Of a stretch of DNA of 64,000 nt, positions 39,081 to 52,299 are shown piece by piece. Below the pieces are notes generated by a model. That model was not told the origin of the DNA, ran no database searches, and was given only the letters and a program-made list of their open reading frames with translations. Every line of letters starts with the position of its first letter. Position 1 is the stretch's first letter. The position numbers were made by a program, and so were the translations under genes. The stretch lies in assembly GCF_963576615.1 (NCBI RefSeq), contig NC_088716.1, positions 43,623,910 through 43,687,909 of the forward strand, read 5' to 3'. Source of the stretch: Watersipora subatra. Its lineage: Eukaryota.

Positions 39081-39782
39081 ATATAGGAGCCTAGAGCTAA
39101 AAGTGTTTTAGTTACGTTTTAGAGAAATTAAATTTTGACATAAGGGGGTTATGGTACACATATTGGTACCATAACTCCTTATCCTACTTTGGTACCATGA
39201 CTCCACAAACAATTGCACTATGTTTGTGTTTCTCTTTGTAGCCAATTAAATTGCTATCTTCAGCCAAACTAGGAAATTAGCTGGTGATTGTGACTCAAAT
39301 AAGATTGATAGCTTTGTTTTCAGGATTTCTGACCAACATGAATATAGACTTTTAAAAAAACTCAAAAATAAAATTCACAGACTTGACAACTCAAAATCAC
39401 TGGTTAAAATCCCTTAATTGATTGTATTGATTTTTTTGTCTTAGAAGTTCCTAGATCCTATTAGACAGGCTCATTAAATTGAAAGCTGTCCGCTTTTATG
39501 TGCCTAAAATCTTCAAGTCGTTGATTTCTATGCAAAAAGTGCCTTAGTTCCTTTGGAGCCAATGAGGTTGCTCAACTTGTTCACATGATCATTGGAACAA
39601 TTCCGGCAATCAAGAGAACCGAGTAGAAAATGCTGGTCAAAACCATAAAAATAGTATTGCAGAAAGAAAGGAAGATCTTCCAGAGAAACCAAATCAAAAC
39701 TAAAAAAGTGACACTTTGAGGTGAGGTTAAAGTTTGAGTCTTTTCCAGTTGCAGATTTTGATATTTAGTTACATATCTAGCC

Positions 39783-40282
39783 TTGGAGCTAACTATAAAC
39801 AGCATGGGGAACATTTACAATGAAGAAAATTCAGAACGCCAAGTAAAATACCGACTCTACAATGATATCTTCAACCATGAGCTCAACATAGCATTCGGAT
39901 ATCCACGCAGCTACATCTGCGACACATCTAGGTGGTTCACCATTCAGCTCACAGCAGCTCATGCCTTTAACGATGCCGAGAATTCGAGGAAACTAATCAA
40001 TGAGCACAAACTCCTTCAGAGAAAAGCTTATGTGTTTAACACACAACTTACTGAAGCAATGAAATCAACAAGGGAAAAAAGGACGCAGTTGTTTTATTGA
40101 TGGATTACGAGAAAAACCTTCCTTTCCCGTTAACCAGTGTAGACAAAGAATACTACAGGAGGCAGCTTTGGTCGCTTAACCTCTGCATCCACCATAGCGT
40201 TAGAGACGAAACAAAAGTGTACATATATGCTGAATACATTGCTGGGAAGATCCCCGACGATGTACAGTATATGATGTCTTGA
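39783..40282 (+). other. Frameshifted ORF pair (105 aa + 61 aa) with non-repetitive protein-like composition, possibly a remnant of a transposon- or host-derived gene
   Basis: The two ORFs abut at 40097-40100 in different frames. The peptides are ...LYNDIFNHELNIAFGYPRSYICDTSRWFTIQLTAAHAFNDAENSRKLINEHKLLQRKAYVFNTQ and NLPFPLTSVDKEYYRRQLWSLNLCIHHSVRDETKVYIYAEYIAGKIPDD. I could not assign a family. Confidence 0.3.
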
Positions 40283-40603
40283 ACCTGTCACCTGAAGTCA
40301 CTCACGTTGTGGCTATATCATGAGTGGGCGACTAAGTAACTACCTGGTGATCACTGATCATGCTTGTAGAAGCTGTTTCCATATGTCGTCAGCCAATTGG
40401 TTTTGTTGTTTGTGTGAGCTGATCATCATATTTAACGCCACTGGTAAATTAGAAACAAAACTTAAAGATAACTTGGGCATCGTATTCTATTTTTTAAGAT
40501 TTACGGGTTTGTTTTCAAGCCCAGAATTTTGTACAAGTCAAAAGTTGTAGCGATAAGCATGGTTCACAGAATAATTTCATTGCTTTTCTTAACTGTGCTT
40601 CAG

Positions 40604-40775
40604 AATCTCATATTTTGATATTTACAGAAACGTAGTAGAATTTCCGTGTGGCTCAAGGATAATGTAAAGCTGAGAAGAATTGAAAGGGTTGTTGTCGGCT
40701 TCGATGAATACATGAATGTTGTCACGGATGACTCGGAAGAGGTTCATCAAAAGACAAAGAGGCGAAAAACCATAG
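40604..40775 (+). pseudogene. SNRPE exon-2 pseudo-exon, copy 2: in-frame TGA (F*YLQKR) and a 3-nt insertion ([11 protein letters not shown])
   Basis: cagaatctcatattttgatatttacagaaacgtagtag... has an AG acceptor and a gtaagt donor. It is preceded by a duplicate (40320-40600) of the intron-1 segment found at 35660-35950. No exon-3 copy follows. Confidence 0.75.
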
Positions 40776-41925
40776 GTAAGTTGTATTCATGATTAGCTAG
40801 GCTGGATTAGCTAGAGCAAGGCTGTATTTCCTGTATAGTTCCCATCATATGTACATAATAGATTGCTTTACATTTTTGTTTCTTTTTGCCATTGTTCTTC
40901 ATTTGTGAATTGATCTGATTGACTTTAGGTTTTGTTATGCATAGAAACTATCATCGATGTACAACTTCTATTTTCAAGAGTGATCAACTTCCTTGGCATT
41001 TTTATACCAAGTTTAGTGAGAGTATTATTGGTAATCTAAAGTCTAGAATCTCAAATGAATGTCTTTGAATTGCTACTATGAGCAAATGGCCATTATTGAG
41101 GCAATAGAATTAGCTCTATTATCGCTTGCTGGAATTAGAACTACATAATACCAGCCATCACCCAGCAACCCATCACATGCCAGCAACAAACATAAAAGTA
41201 TGCCATTTGATAGTCACACGTTACTGTTAAAGAACAACTCCTAACATGGCAACAACAGCAAAGCAATGAACAAAGGTGCAGGATGTAAAAGTTTACAAAG
41301 TAGGATGGCACTGTCAATTTTGATGTTGGGTGAAGAACTAATTTAGGATTCTCGAGTCGGGCTCATGATGATGCGAGGATAAGTTTCATGTTGTAGATGC
41401 ACTCTAATGTTGCAATGCAGCCAAGAATTACAAATAAAGCTACATCAAAAAATAAACATTCACAAGTTGACAAAATGAAAGCATGGACAGCAATAAGAAT
41501 TGTTCAGAAGCTATGCTATCATACAGTTAGAGTAAGCAACTCCTAACTAGTGTTACAAGACTGCAGCTATGGTTCCTTGGTGAAAAGACAGTGGTACTAG
41601 AAGCATACTAAAAAAGATCATTGATAATACACGTGAGAGTCGACAAGGAGTTACCTTGTGTAAAAGTACATTAGGCCTTTGTATTCGACAGGCATGGACA
41701 TGACAGTAAGCAGAGATTGTTTCAACATATGAGCTCAACGTGTTTAGGCACTATGGCATTGTGGAATTAACAACAGAAGTGTTAATAAATATTGTGACAT
41801 TATACTCCACTTATTTTTTATAATGAATTATTAATTTTCATTTTAATGCCAACAGTTTGTACAAGTCAAAAGTTGTAGTGATAAGTCTGGTTACGAAATT
41901 ATTTCATTGTTTAACTGTGTTGCAG

Positions 41926-42094
41926 AATCTTATGTTTAGATATTTACAGAAACGTAGTAGAATTTCTGTGTTGCTCAAAGATAATGTAAAGCTAAGAATT
42001 GAAGGGATTATTGTCGGCTTCGATGAATACATGAATGTTGTCATGGATGACTCGGAGGAGGTTCATTAAAAGACAAAGAGGCGAAAAACCATAG
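41926..42094 (+). pseudogene. SNRPE exon-2 pseudo-exon, copy 3: single premature TAA ([13 protein letters not shown]), otherwise near-identical
   Basis: ...[45 protein letters not shown] with an intact ttgcag acceptor and gtaagt donor. Confidence 0.75.
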
Positions 42095-42739
42095 GTAAGT
42101 TGTATTTTGAATTAGCTACATGTATATAACTTTGTTTTATTTTGTATCAAATAATAGTGGCTATTCAGAACAGGCTATATAAACCTGTTACTGGTAGCAC
42201 ATGTAATCCAGTACCACCTGTACATGGGTTAGGCCGATGACTAAACCATCAATCTCCATAGAAATTGGAGGGTTAACTGGACACCATTACAAAATTAAAA
42301 AACAGCCTCTGTAAAAGCACTGCGCTATCCCAGTGATGCTCAGTGGCAGCATTTAGAGGGTGAGGATAAGCAAGCCTCTTCATTGCCCAGCCACTGCAAC
42401 AGAATAAAAATGCTAGCATGTCTCGACCTGTTCTTGCCCACTGGATACCATTTGCTTTCTGTCGAGGGAGTAAATCTGGTACTGCGAAAGCCAGAAATCA
42501 CTTAAAAATTTGCACACAGTTTTGTGGAATAAATCACAAATTAAACAATGTCTAATACCTGCTTGAATGTCGTTCGAGTTAACAAGGTTTGCTGGGTCGC
42601 TTCCTCTTCGGCATCTCGCAAAAAGTAAGCTAGGGAAAAATGCAAACAAACAGAAACTATTGAATTTAGCTGAGTAGAATGTCAGCACATTGAGTAACAA
42701 AGAGACCTCAAAAAGAGGTATTTTCTAGACAGCATTCAT

Positions 42740-42960
42740 TTTGAAGGAGCTCGGTAGATGCAACATAGACGTAGCCTGTCTATATGAAACTCGACAGTAT
42801 GAGTAAAGTATTCTGGTAGACAATGGATACGCTTTCTTTTGGAGTGGAAAGCGGACAAATGAAAGAAGAGAGTCTGAAGTCAAGGTCACTATCAAATCCA
42901 TCACCCAATGCCTAGAACAAGATTCGGAGCCCAAATCTGATCAGATCGTGTCAATGAGAC
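42740..42960 (+). mobile_element. Fragment of a LINE endonuclease N-terminus (L2/CR1/RTE-type start: ...YETRQYE.SILVDNGYAFFWSGKRTNERRESEVKVTIKSITQCLEQDSEPKSDQIVSMRLPLFK)
   Basis: The conserved motif FFWSG(K/R)...ERRE.GV.F.IK...SDR(L/I)M.LRLPL at the start of APE domains is recognisable in a + frame. There is one internal stop. The fragment ends abruptly at ~42960. Confidence 0.55.
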
Positions 42961-43629
42961 TACCACTTTTTAAATAAAAGTAATACTACTAAAATTTTCA
43001 GTGGTTTAGTCAGTGATACTCTGGTCCTTGAATAATGTAGACGTTGAGTAAAAAATACTTCTTTCATATGACTTGTGAGCTACTGAAGTCTAAAGCTATG
43101 CCCAGTTTATTGAGAGTTCTGCCTGTGTTCAATACTATGTAAGTCCTCTACAAAAGTGATAGGATTTATGCTTGAGACCGTCTTGCTGCCAATTCTAGGG
43201 AATGTATCACGGAGTTGGTCAAATGTAGAGATATACAGTGTGTTAAGGCTAAAAGCCAATGCTCCCCTATACATGTAGGTTATTAAACGCTGGCATGTAA
43301 ATATATTGAGCAGAAAATTTATGCCAGTCAAGGATCATTGCATCTAGACCTTAGTTTTTAAAGCCTGCCAACAAAAGAGCCAACCACAGGCTTTTTGATA
43401 GAGAGCAAAGCTTACAGTTCACTCTTGTGAAATTGTTTATCGAAACAACTAGGAAATCCTGTCACAGACTGTTTATATTTTACTCCATTCTAACGACAGG
43501 CATCTTTATCGTCAACACTGAGATAGTTGCTTGTATAAACAAAGCAGACAAGGCTGGAAAGATGGTAAGTCTCAGTTAGAAAAGTAAGATAGCACTAGAT
43601 CAATATTATGTCGGAGTGAAAGACTAGTT

Positions 43630-44210
43630 TAGGGCTGTAGAGTCTTGGACTCTTGGCAATGCAAGGACAAGTTTCACTCGGTGGGTTGATTCTAATGTTG
43701 CAATGGAGCCTAAGAATCACGAATTATGGCAGAAAATGAGAAATATGATTTACCAATTAACGAAAGGAAGCTTGTTTGGTAATAGAAACTGCTTGGAAGC
43801 TATGCAGTCAGACAGTTAGAGTAAGCAACTCCAAACTAGTGTTACAAGATTGTAGCTATGGTTCCTTGGTGAAAAGACAGTACTAGAAACATACCTAAAA
43901 AGATCATTGATAGTGCTCATGAGATTCATTAAGAAATTACTTAGTTTAAAAGTATATTAAGGCCTTTGTATTAGACAGACATGACGGCGAGCAGAGATTG
44001 TTTCAACATATGAGCTCAACGTGTCTAGGCACTATGACAGTGTTTATTAACAACAGAATGGTTAATAAACACTGTGGCATCATATTCTACATATTTTCAT
44101 AGTGAAGTATTAATTTTTATTTTGAAGCCCAACATTTTGTACAATGCCCAAGGTTGTAGTAAAAAGTTTTGAGTACAGAATTCCTTTGCTGTTTTTCTTA
44201 CGTAGAACCA
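43630..44210. repeat. Third copy of the SNRPE 3'-flank duplication unit, ending with the first bases of another exon-2-unit start
   Basis: It aligns to 37600-38180 and 41330-41900, e.g. gcaaggacaagtttcac...gtgcaaccaagaattacaaataa and gagctcaacgtgtctaggcactatgaca. Confidence 0.7.
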
Positions 44211-47200
44211 TACATCACCCTATGTAATAGCAACAGATATAAAGGTATGCTGCATCATTGCTCCATAAAAGTAAATCAATAAACAATAAATTTATTTTAC
44301 CGGCGCAAAGATTTTATAACACTGTTGTCTATTGGGTAATGTATATAATGTAGCATTAAAGCCCAATGTTGCGTGAGCGCAACCTTTAATATCTCAGGTC
44401 AGGGCGATAATAGAAAACAAAAAAAAATAGGAAAATACTTATACATATATCTGGAGACTGTCCAAAAAGTTTGAAAATTTTCAGTGCATATCTTCTATGT
44501 ATGGGCCTCAGAGGGTTAAGTTGGAAACACATAAAAAAATTGTAAATAAATACTGAGGGCGGGTTTGGAGTTTACAGACCATTACCTACCATGCATACCA
44601 TTGCCTGGGTGGAATGTAATACAATCGTTTGAAGTCAGAAACACTATGACTGCAAACTTTTCATAATGGTTGCATGCAGTAAATGTCGATAAGCGTGCGT
44701 GAGCGAATGATGTGGCAGGAAATGCAGCGGCAGTGCTGTTTTGCCGTAACTAATATTATTTAAACAAATATTATCTGCAGCAACATCAATGTATCAGCTT
44801 GAATAAATCTTTTTTCTTCTTTTAGATATGCTAATATCTTACATCATCTTATAACATTTTAATAATTCTTATTAATTTTAGAAATTCACTATTGCATTTT
44901 CAGAATTCAATTTGTGATTGTAAAATTTTGCTATAAGATTTTAAAATTTCACTATATTATTTTTAAAATGTACTATAACATTTTAAAGACTCTCTAGTTT
45001 TTTTTTAAATTTACACCTGCATTTTAAAAATATAGTATAACACTTTAAAAAGTTAAGAGAAATGAGTATAAGGGAGATTCTATCAAACGGATGGAAGGTC
45101 ATGATGTAAAAGTGACAAGATCAAAAGAGGAAAGCAATTTGTAGAGTAATTTCATCTCACTCTAGCCAAAAGTTTTTTGCTCTGCAATGAAAAGATTAAA
45201 ACTATCATAAAAAACTAGGAAAGTTTCTATTAGTTTCTTAAATTGAATTCAAGCAAGAGCACTAAAATTAATTTAATAGCTCATGACAGGTTTGACTACA
45301 AAAGGGTAGTAGTGCCCGAGCATAGCAAGTCATTACATCCCCTGGAATAGTTAGACCTAATGATTATACTAGAGCATGTCTACTGTCTCCGTTTACTGGG
45401 AGCTCGCGATCAAGCTAAACAAATGGGTTTCTCTCTTGAAGCTTAACAAAAATTTTTGATGCTGGTCAATAATTTGATAATGAAAGAATAATTTATCCAT
45501 GATCATATTTCAAACATTGAAGACAAAAAAGTTCGAATTTATTTCAACAGTATGTTCTCAATGTTACGGGATAGCGGAGTAAATAGCGAATATAGATGAA
45601 GAGCGGAATATATACAGTATGGTAAAGCTAGAAGCATACTCACCCATATAGATGTAGATCATTAAACACGTGGCATATAAATATATTGAGTGAAAATTTA
45701 AGCTAGTCACGGATCATTGCAGCTCGACATTTGTCTTTAAAGCCTGTCAGCTAGAGCCTATCACAGACTTTTTGTATAGAGAACTAAATAAGTGTAAATA
45801 AACATAGCACAATTAAATTTCCAGACCATTACCTTGAGTGGAATGTATCAGGAATGGCGAACGACTCGTTGGAGGTCAGGCATATTTTGACAGCCATTTT
45901 TTTCAATAACGAATGCCAGCAGTAGCTGTCGATAACTTAGGTAAGCCAATGGCGTAACGGATATGCTCCGGCAGTGTTCCTTTCCGAGATTAGTATTATA
46001 AAGCAAATGTTATCTGCAGCAAAACCAGTGTATCCTTAAATAAATAAATCTGAATAAATTTTTTTTTAATATGTTAATATCTTACATCATCTTATATAAC
46101 ATTTTGAGAACTCTGTATAAACCTTAGAAATTCACTATAGCATTTTTAGAATTCACTTTGTGATTATAAAGATTTACTACAAAACTTTAAAAACTCACTA
46201 TAATACTTTAAAAATTCATTCTATTATTTTTAAAATGTACTATAACATTTTGCAAACTCTCTATTTAAAAAAAATTTACAACTGCATTTTAAAAATATAA
46301 TTTAATGCTTTAAAAAGTTAAGAGAAATGAGTATAAAGGGAGATTCTATCAAACTGATTAAAGGTCATGATGTAAAAATTACAAGATCAAAAGAGGAAAG
46401 CAGTTGAATTTGTGGAGTAATTTCATCTCACTCTAGCCAAAAGTTTTTTGCTCTGCAATGAAAAGAGTAAAACTAAAAAGATATCATCCTTGTGGGTGGA
46501 ACTTTGGCCAAAGCTCTTAGAATCCTTTAATGGTGAACAAACAGTAATGGAAACCATTTGAATGAAACTATTTGAAGTGATAAAACTGGGCAATGTTCTA
46601 CAGGCTGAATATAAAGAATTGCCTGAAGCGCTGCTCTTTAGCGCGACACATGTACAAGCCAGAAGAAGAGCAAGATGACGCGAGTCACCGAGCCAAATGT
46701 GAGGAAAGATCATCTATCTATATAAATTTCAAAGTCTGTCTGTATGTGTGTATGTAGATTAGTGTGTCCAGCAATAGCCATTAAAATCTTGGAATTAAAA
46801 TCTCACATGGTGCTGGATTTCAACTCACAAAGATTGCAACTGCAGGTTTGTAATCTAATTGTGTAACCATGAGTCTACAAAGGCCCCTACAATTCATAAC
46901 TCTCATTATATACAATATACACCCTTTTGCAATTTTACACGCCAAATGACGTATTAATTGAAACTCTTAACTTTATAAAACACGATGCTTGTTCGTCCTC
47001 GTACTAGCACTAATTTGTTTTCTGCAAAGCGATATCAGCAATAATTTCTCTTGAAATTAAAATTTGACGATTGTATCTCAGTTCAGCTTCATCCGTTGTG
47101 GTAAAAACGGGTTCGCAAACAGATAAGTGATAAAATTTTAGTTTAAAGTTTACTGTAAAGCATACTAAAAATGCCTTCAAGTATGTTTTAGTAAGCTAAA

Positions 47201-48039
47201 TTCACATGAGTTAGATTCAGCATTTATGTTACATGTCTGTCTTGAAAGTAAGAACTCTGCATGTAGTATATTGTAATGTTACATTTTCTCGCAGATCATA
47301 ACCACAAAGTGCACTAAAGATATTGTAGGTAACTATACTTACTAAGGTTAACATATTGTTTTGTTATTATTTTTTAATGATGATGATTTTTACCAGGCAG
47401 TGATTGTATTAGATAATTACTATGGGTTTCTATACCATTCTATACGTCTCTATACTCTCTATACAAATCATATACTCGTATACCAAATAATTTTTTATTG
47501 TAATCGTAGCAAAACAAACTATATTTAGCTATTATTTACTAATGATTTCACATTTACAATTAAACACCTTTACAGTTTTATTTTTCTTTCTAATTTATTT
47601 CAACAAAACACTTCTTTCATGATATGAAAATTAAAAGTTACAGTTGTTTGAAAACCTTAACAGTTGTATTATTTTTTCTAAATTTATTTGAACTGCACAA
47701 ACAAACACTTTTCCCACGATATGAAACTTAAAAATTAGAATGGTAAATGCTCTATATATTAAATAAACATAAATTTTCTGTTCAAAAACTTTTTTATTAC
47801 TTGAGCAACGCTGGGCAATCAGATAATAGCATTCAGTCTAATATAAGGTCTGCTGCCTACAAAAACTGTTTTAAACTTTCATGTCATGTATTAAGCTAAA
47901 ATGATATTAGGAAAAATGGAGACTAGACATCTTGGAGATTAGAAATCCTGGAGCACCCTAAAATCAGCTGACTACAAAAATTTGTCAAGTATGTTTTTTA
48001 AAGTCATATGAACTCCTAACTGTAACTACATGTAACTGT

Positions 48040-48250
48040 AACTAACGGTAAAACACGTATAGTACACGTATAGTACACGTATAATACACTTATAATGCAC
48101 GTATAATACATGTAAAATACATGTATTATAATACAGGTATAATACACGTATTAATAATACACGTATAATACACATATTTACATGTATACATGTATACACG
48201 TATACAAAAATACACGTATATATGTATATATATTTACATATATACATAGA
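48040..48250. repeat. About 12-bp tandem repeat (TACACGTATAAT variants)
   Basis: Direct reading. Confidence 0.8.
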
Positions 48251-49699
48251 TCCTGTCTCCTGTAAAGAAACCCTATCTTAATTCAAAGGTCAACTATACC
48301 TCATAGAGAATCTAACAGCTATTTTGAGGGTTTAAAATGGCAATAGCTGTCAATAGTATGACTTAAAATTTTTTTAAGTTTTGTGAACAAGAGATGATGA
48401 GGAAAGATAACTTTTAGAAAAGGTTTTTATACTTGAGTACCCCGCGTTATGCATGCGAATGATTGACTACAGAGCCAACATTGTTGGTTTATGGATCGAA
48501 TTGTTTTTGAGACATGTGAATTATCTCTCATCCATAATTCACATCAATATTTTTTAATGTTTGGTTAATTTCTCATTCCTTTGTTTTTAAATATTGGCTA
48601 ATTCCTTTGAGGTATGCGTAACGTTGTCAAACGAATATTAATAGAATGCATAGCCACAATCTACAATAACTTACTGTTATTATCAAGAGAAATGTATGTC
48701 TGTACAAATTCTAAAGCCATCATCAATATTCTTTTCAAATTCTCGCCTGGTCTGGGTCAAGATTCTTCATATTTGCTCAAGTCTAGTTTAAGAGTTCAAC
48801 TAACAGAGATTAGCCAGTCTATGATACAGAAGCAAAATGGCTGAGTAAAGTGTCACCTATTCAAAGAAATAGTTTAACTGGTCAAGTCACCAAATTAAAC
48901 ATGATACCTAGTACTTATGTAATGCATATATGATTATCAGAATATTGAACTGTTGTATGTTTCAGTATAATGGACAAGCAACACATGACACATTTATAAT
49001 ATAATATTCGTGTGAACAGTATAGGCTGTCAGCCTAACAGAGCTTAGATTCGTTTGTTCCGAAATTGTGATACATGAAGCTTGAGCTTTCTACAATTTTG
49101 ACAGTTGTTAGCTGAGAACTTTTACTAGCGAGTCATAAAAGGTATGTTCAACAGTTCTACATCAAAGCTTATGACTAAAACTTATATATATATTACTTTA
49201 TTGGCGATTACTTCATTTCAAATAAAAATATTGTTTCAAATTATGCCATACAACAATAATAAAACCCAAAAACTCAAGTTTACAAATTACTAAAATTAAC
49301 AATGGTTTATTGTAGAGTTGCATTGCAACTCGTCAGATACGGACATGGTAGAAGTTATGTCACTAGTATATATAGAAGAATAACCAAATGCCCTGCGTTG
49401 CACGGGTAATAGAATAATTACCTAATGAATTTTAGTAACTTACCTGGAAAGCTAAATCTAAACTAAAATCTTTACTAAAACATTACCCATGCCTTTAGCC
49501 AGCTTAACAATAGTTACACTTAACAGTCAACAGTGCTAGTTATTAACCCCAAGCAAGCTCTTCAAGCGTGAGTATCTTAGCCAAAGTAATGACTATTTGC
49601 CAAGTGACTTAATAATACTGGGTAAGTATTATTAAGTCCCAGGGCCAATACTTAATAATACTTAATAATGCTTGCCTAGTTGTTAACACGGAATACAGT

Positions 49700-49790
49700 T
49701 GATCCACTGTATTCTGAGTAGCTTAATGGGTAAGGTTGCTGCCTCCAGATTTGGAGGTTCTGAGATCAAACCCAGCGTCTTGTACATTTA
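49700..49790 (+). repeat. tRNA-related SINE-like segment, preceded by a short hairpin (ggaatacagttgatccactgtattc)
   Basis: tagcttaatgggtaagg...ggaggttctgagatcaaaccc is tRNA-like. It is related to 7672-7745. Confidence 0.3.
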
Positions 49791-49938
49791 TCATGACTAC
49801 CTATAACTGAATACAGAGTTTAACAAAAAAACAAAAAGATATACACTAAGACTTACCTCTATATAATATATATATAGATTTAGGATGCATGTTTGATGAT
49901 TTACAAATGTTTTTTATGTAGGCAATATATTTCAAGAA

Positions 49939-50019
49939 ATGGATTTAGAGACACGCGTCACACAAAAAAGTATCGATGTGGAACTTGTGACATCAAAATT
50001 TATGCTGCCCTCTGCAAAG
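49939..50019 (+). CDS. Candidate first coding exon (MDLETRVTQKSIDVELVTSKFMLPSAK), donor gttagg
   Basis: An ATG sits about 75 bp downstream of a tatataatatatata TATA-like stretch. The frame stays open to a GT donor. Weak evidence. Confidence 0.25.
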
Positions 50020-50324
50020 GTTAGGAGTTTTCTTTCTTACCTGTTACATCAAATATAGTTTTTCTCCTAGTATCTCAGGCTATTAGAGTCACCTTCAGTA
50101 TAGTATAGTTTAAAATTCATTGTTTTTCCAACTGAAATTTAATCCTGTGTTTATGCATTTCATTACTTGATATGTCAAGCGGCAATGCATGCTGTCAGAT
50201 ATTAGGAGACAGCTGCGCCTTGCTAGTTTTTGTTCAGTCACACTCTTTTAGTTTCTAGAAACTTGTTTGCTGTCACATGCTATCTTGTTATCATCGAAAT
50301 TCTGTACATCTGTCATTATTGCAG

Positions 50325-50472
50325 ATGGCAAACACAATTTTGAGAGAGAATCTCAGTCAGTCCAGAATGTTACAGAGGCACAAGCGCTTGCTCGACAAAC
50401 AGGCCCGCAAAGAGCTCCTACTAGTAGATAGATCTAAGAAAAACTTTCTGTTCTCTCAAACAAGAAAGCAAG
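50325..50472 (+). CDS. Candidate second exon (MANTILRENLSQSRMLQRHKRLLDKQARKELLLVDRSKKNFLFSQTRKQ), acceptor tcattattgcag, donor gtaagc
   Basis: Consensus acceptor and donor flank an open frame that is phase-compatible with 49939-50019. No homology recognised. Confidence 0.3.
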
Positions 50473-52299
50473 GTAAGCGTAGAAGAATTTTAGAAGCTGA
50501 TAATTTTTAATCGCCGATAGTTTGCTTGTTTACGTGGCCAAAAGTTTTTTTTTAGCATATCAACCGTTTTACAGTAGTTACTAGTATTAGCTTAAAGCTG
50601 CATTGCTGCAATTGCTTTTAGTGGGGGAGCCAAGGTATGTTTTTAGTGGGGGAGCCAAGGTATGTTTTTAGTGGAGGAGCCAAGGTATGTTTTTAGTGGG
50701 GGAGCCAAGGTATGTTTTTTGCTCATTGAAGAGAACTGATTTTGATTCTGCAAGTAACTTTTTCGTACCAGTGGCAGATAAAACGCTACAGGGGCGTCAA
50801 CGGGGTAAAAGGGGGATTTGTATGCTTTTTCGTTGTAGTGTATATCAAAATGTTAGCATACTGTACATACTTTAATAACTGTTGATCCAAATCTCCTCTT
50901 TTTCATGTGTTATGCCGAAAATATTGTTGGCTTTGTATACTCAAATTTTACACCCTACCTCACTGTATGATCAGGGTTTTTTTGGAGATATTCAGGGGCA
51001 TGTCATATTTTTGCAACATTTTTGGGTTCGCACATCAGCCATTTCCTTTCAATCATAATTGAGCTTCTAAAGATTATATATCATGATGACCAATGTGTTT
51101 ATGTTCAGAATACTCAATTATATCTTTCTGGACTTATTACTTTTGAGAAAATTGACGCGTTTTGTATGTTATGTCTATTTCAGAGTCATCCCCAAATATG
51201 TATTATCTATGTTTTTGTGTGATCTGATGCATTCAAGATCCACATCTAGGTCAGTTTATAAGACTTGCACAGAGAAATGGCATTTTAGCTAATTTATTGA
51301 TAAAATGCAAGAACTAACAATGAAATAACTGCCTATTATCCATATAATCATAAAACTAACAGTAGTAGTCATTTGCAGGGTCATGGACGATCTCGTTCCT
51401 TTGTTCCGTGTTTAAAATAGCGGTCGTTTTATCTGTATTTCTTCTCAGCGTTGTGAGAGATATTTTGGAGAATAGCATATTAACATTTTTTTTATTTCAT
51501 TGTAACTAGTGCAACAATTGCCAACTTTTAACTTTGAGAGAAAGTTTTGTTGATATCGTATTTCGGGAACACAAATTTGTTCTATTCGAAAAATTTTGAT
51601 AAAGCATCCTGTTTCATAGACTTGGGCAACAAACATTTTGTAATTAAAGGGACATCGTAACCTGTGAGCGCAATGTATCAGTTAACTTTTTATTTAGCAA
51701 GTGCAATCGAGAAAAGGCTATACGGTAAATGATAAGAGCGCAAGAATTGTAAGAATTCTGTAGCTTCATGGTTGGAGGCAAGTATAGAAAATTGTGGTTG
51801 TAATTTTCGTTAGTTCAAATCCAGCAAAAAGCAAGTTTTTCAATCCAAGATTTTAATAGCTATAATTAGACAGATATCTGAACAAACAGACAATGACTAT
51901 GAAAAACTTTGATATCTATATACATAGGCACAGTGTAAGTATGCTTAACAGACAACTGCATAAAATGAGGCTCTCGTGCTCTGCCAACTTCTACTCGACG
52001 GGCTCCTTTTACATCGTAAACATTAGCAGGCTTCCCTTTTTTATGGGACAGCCGACTCGGTGGTAGGTCGAATTCTTTAAAGCCAGATGGCCATACTTGC
52101 CAAGTAGTTGAGTAAAAAAAGCGGAAGATTGACGGTAAAAGTAGTAGTTGAATCTGAAGCCTAGATTTTTTTGCGAAGTGTTTTTTCTTCTTTGGTATCT
52201 ATATAGAAGGCCCTTCTACGATTTTGTTCAATGTTCAGGTACTCTACTATCAATGTGAGGTCATGGTTGTTTGCCAATGATATGTCCATGTATAATCTT

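Noticed and set aside
42725-42934. 69-aa minus-strand ORF
   Set aside because: The + strand in the same interval encodes a recognisable LINE endonuclease N-terminal motif. The minus ORF is its chance antisense frame.
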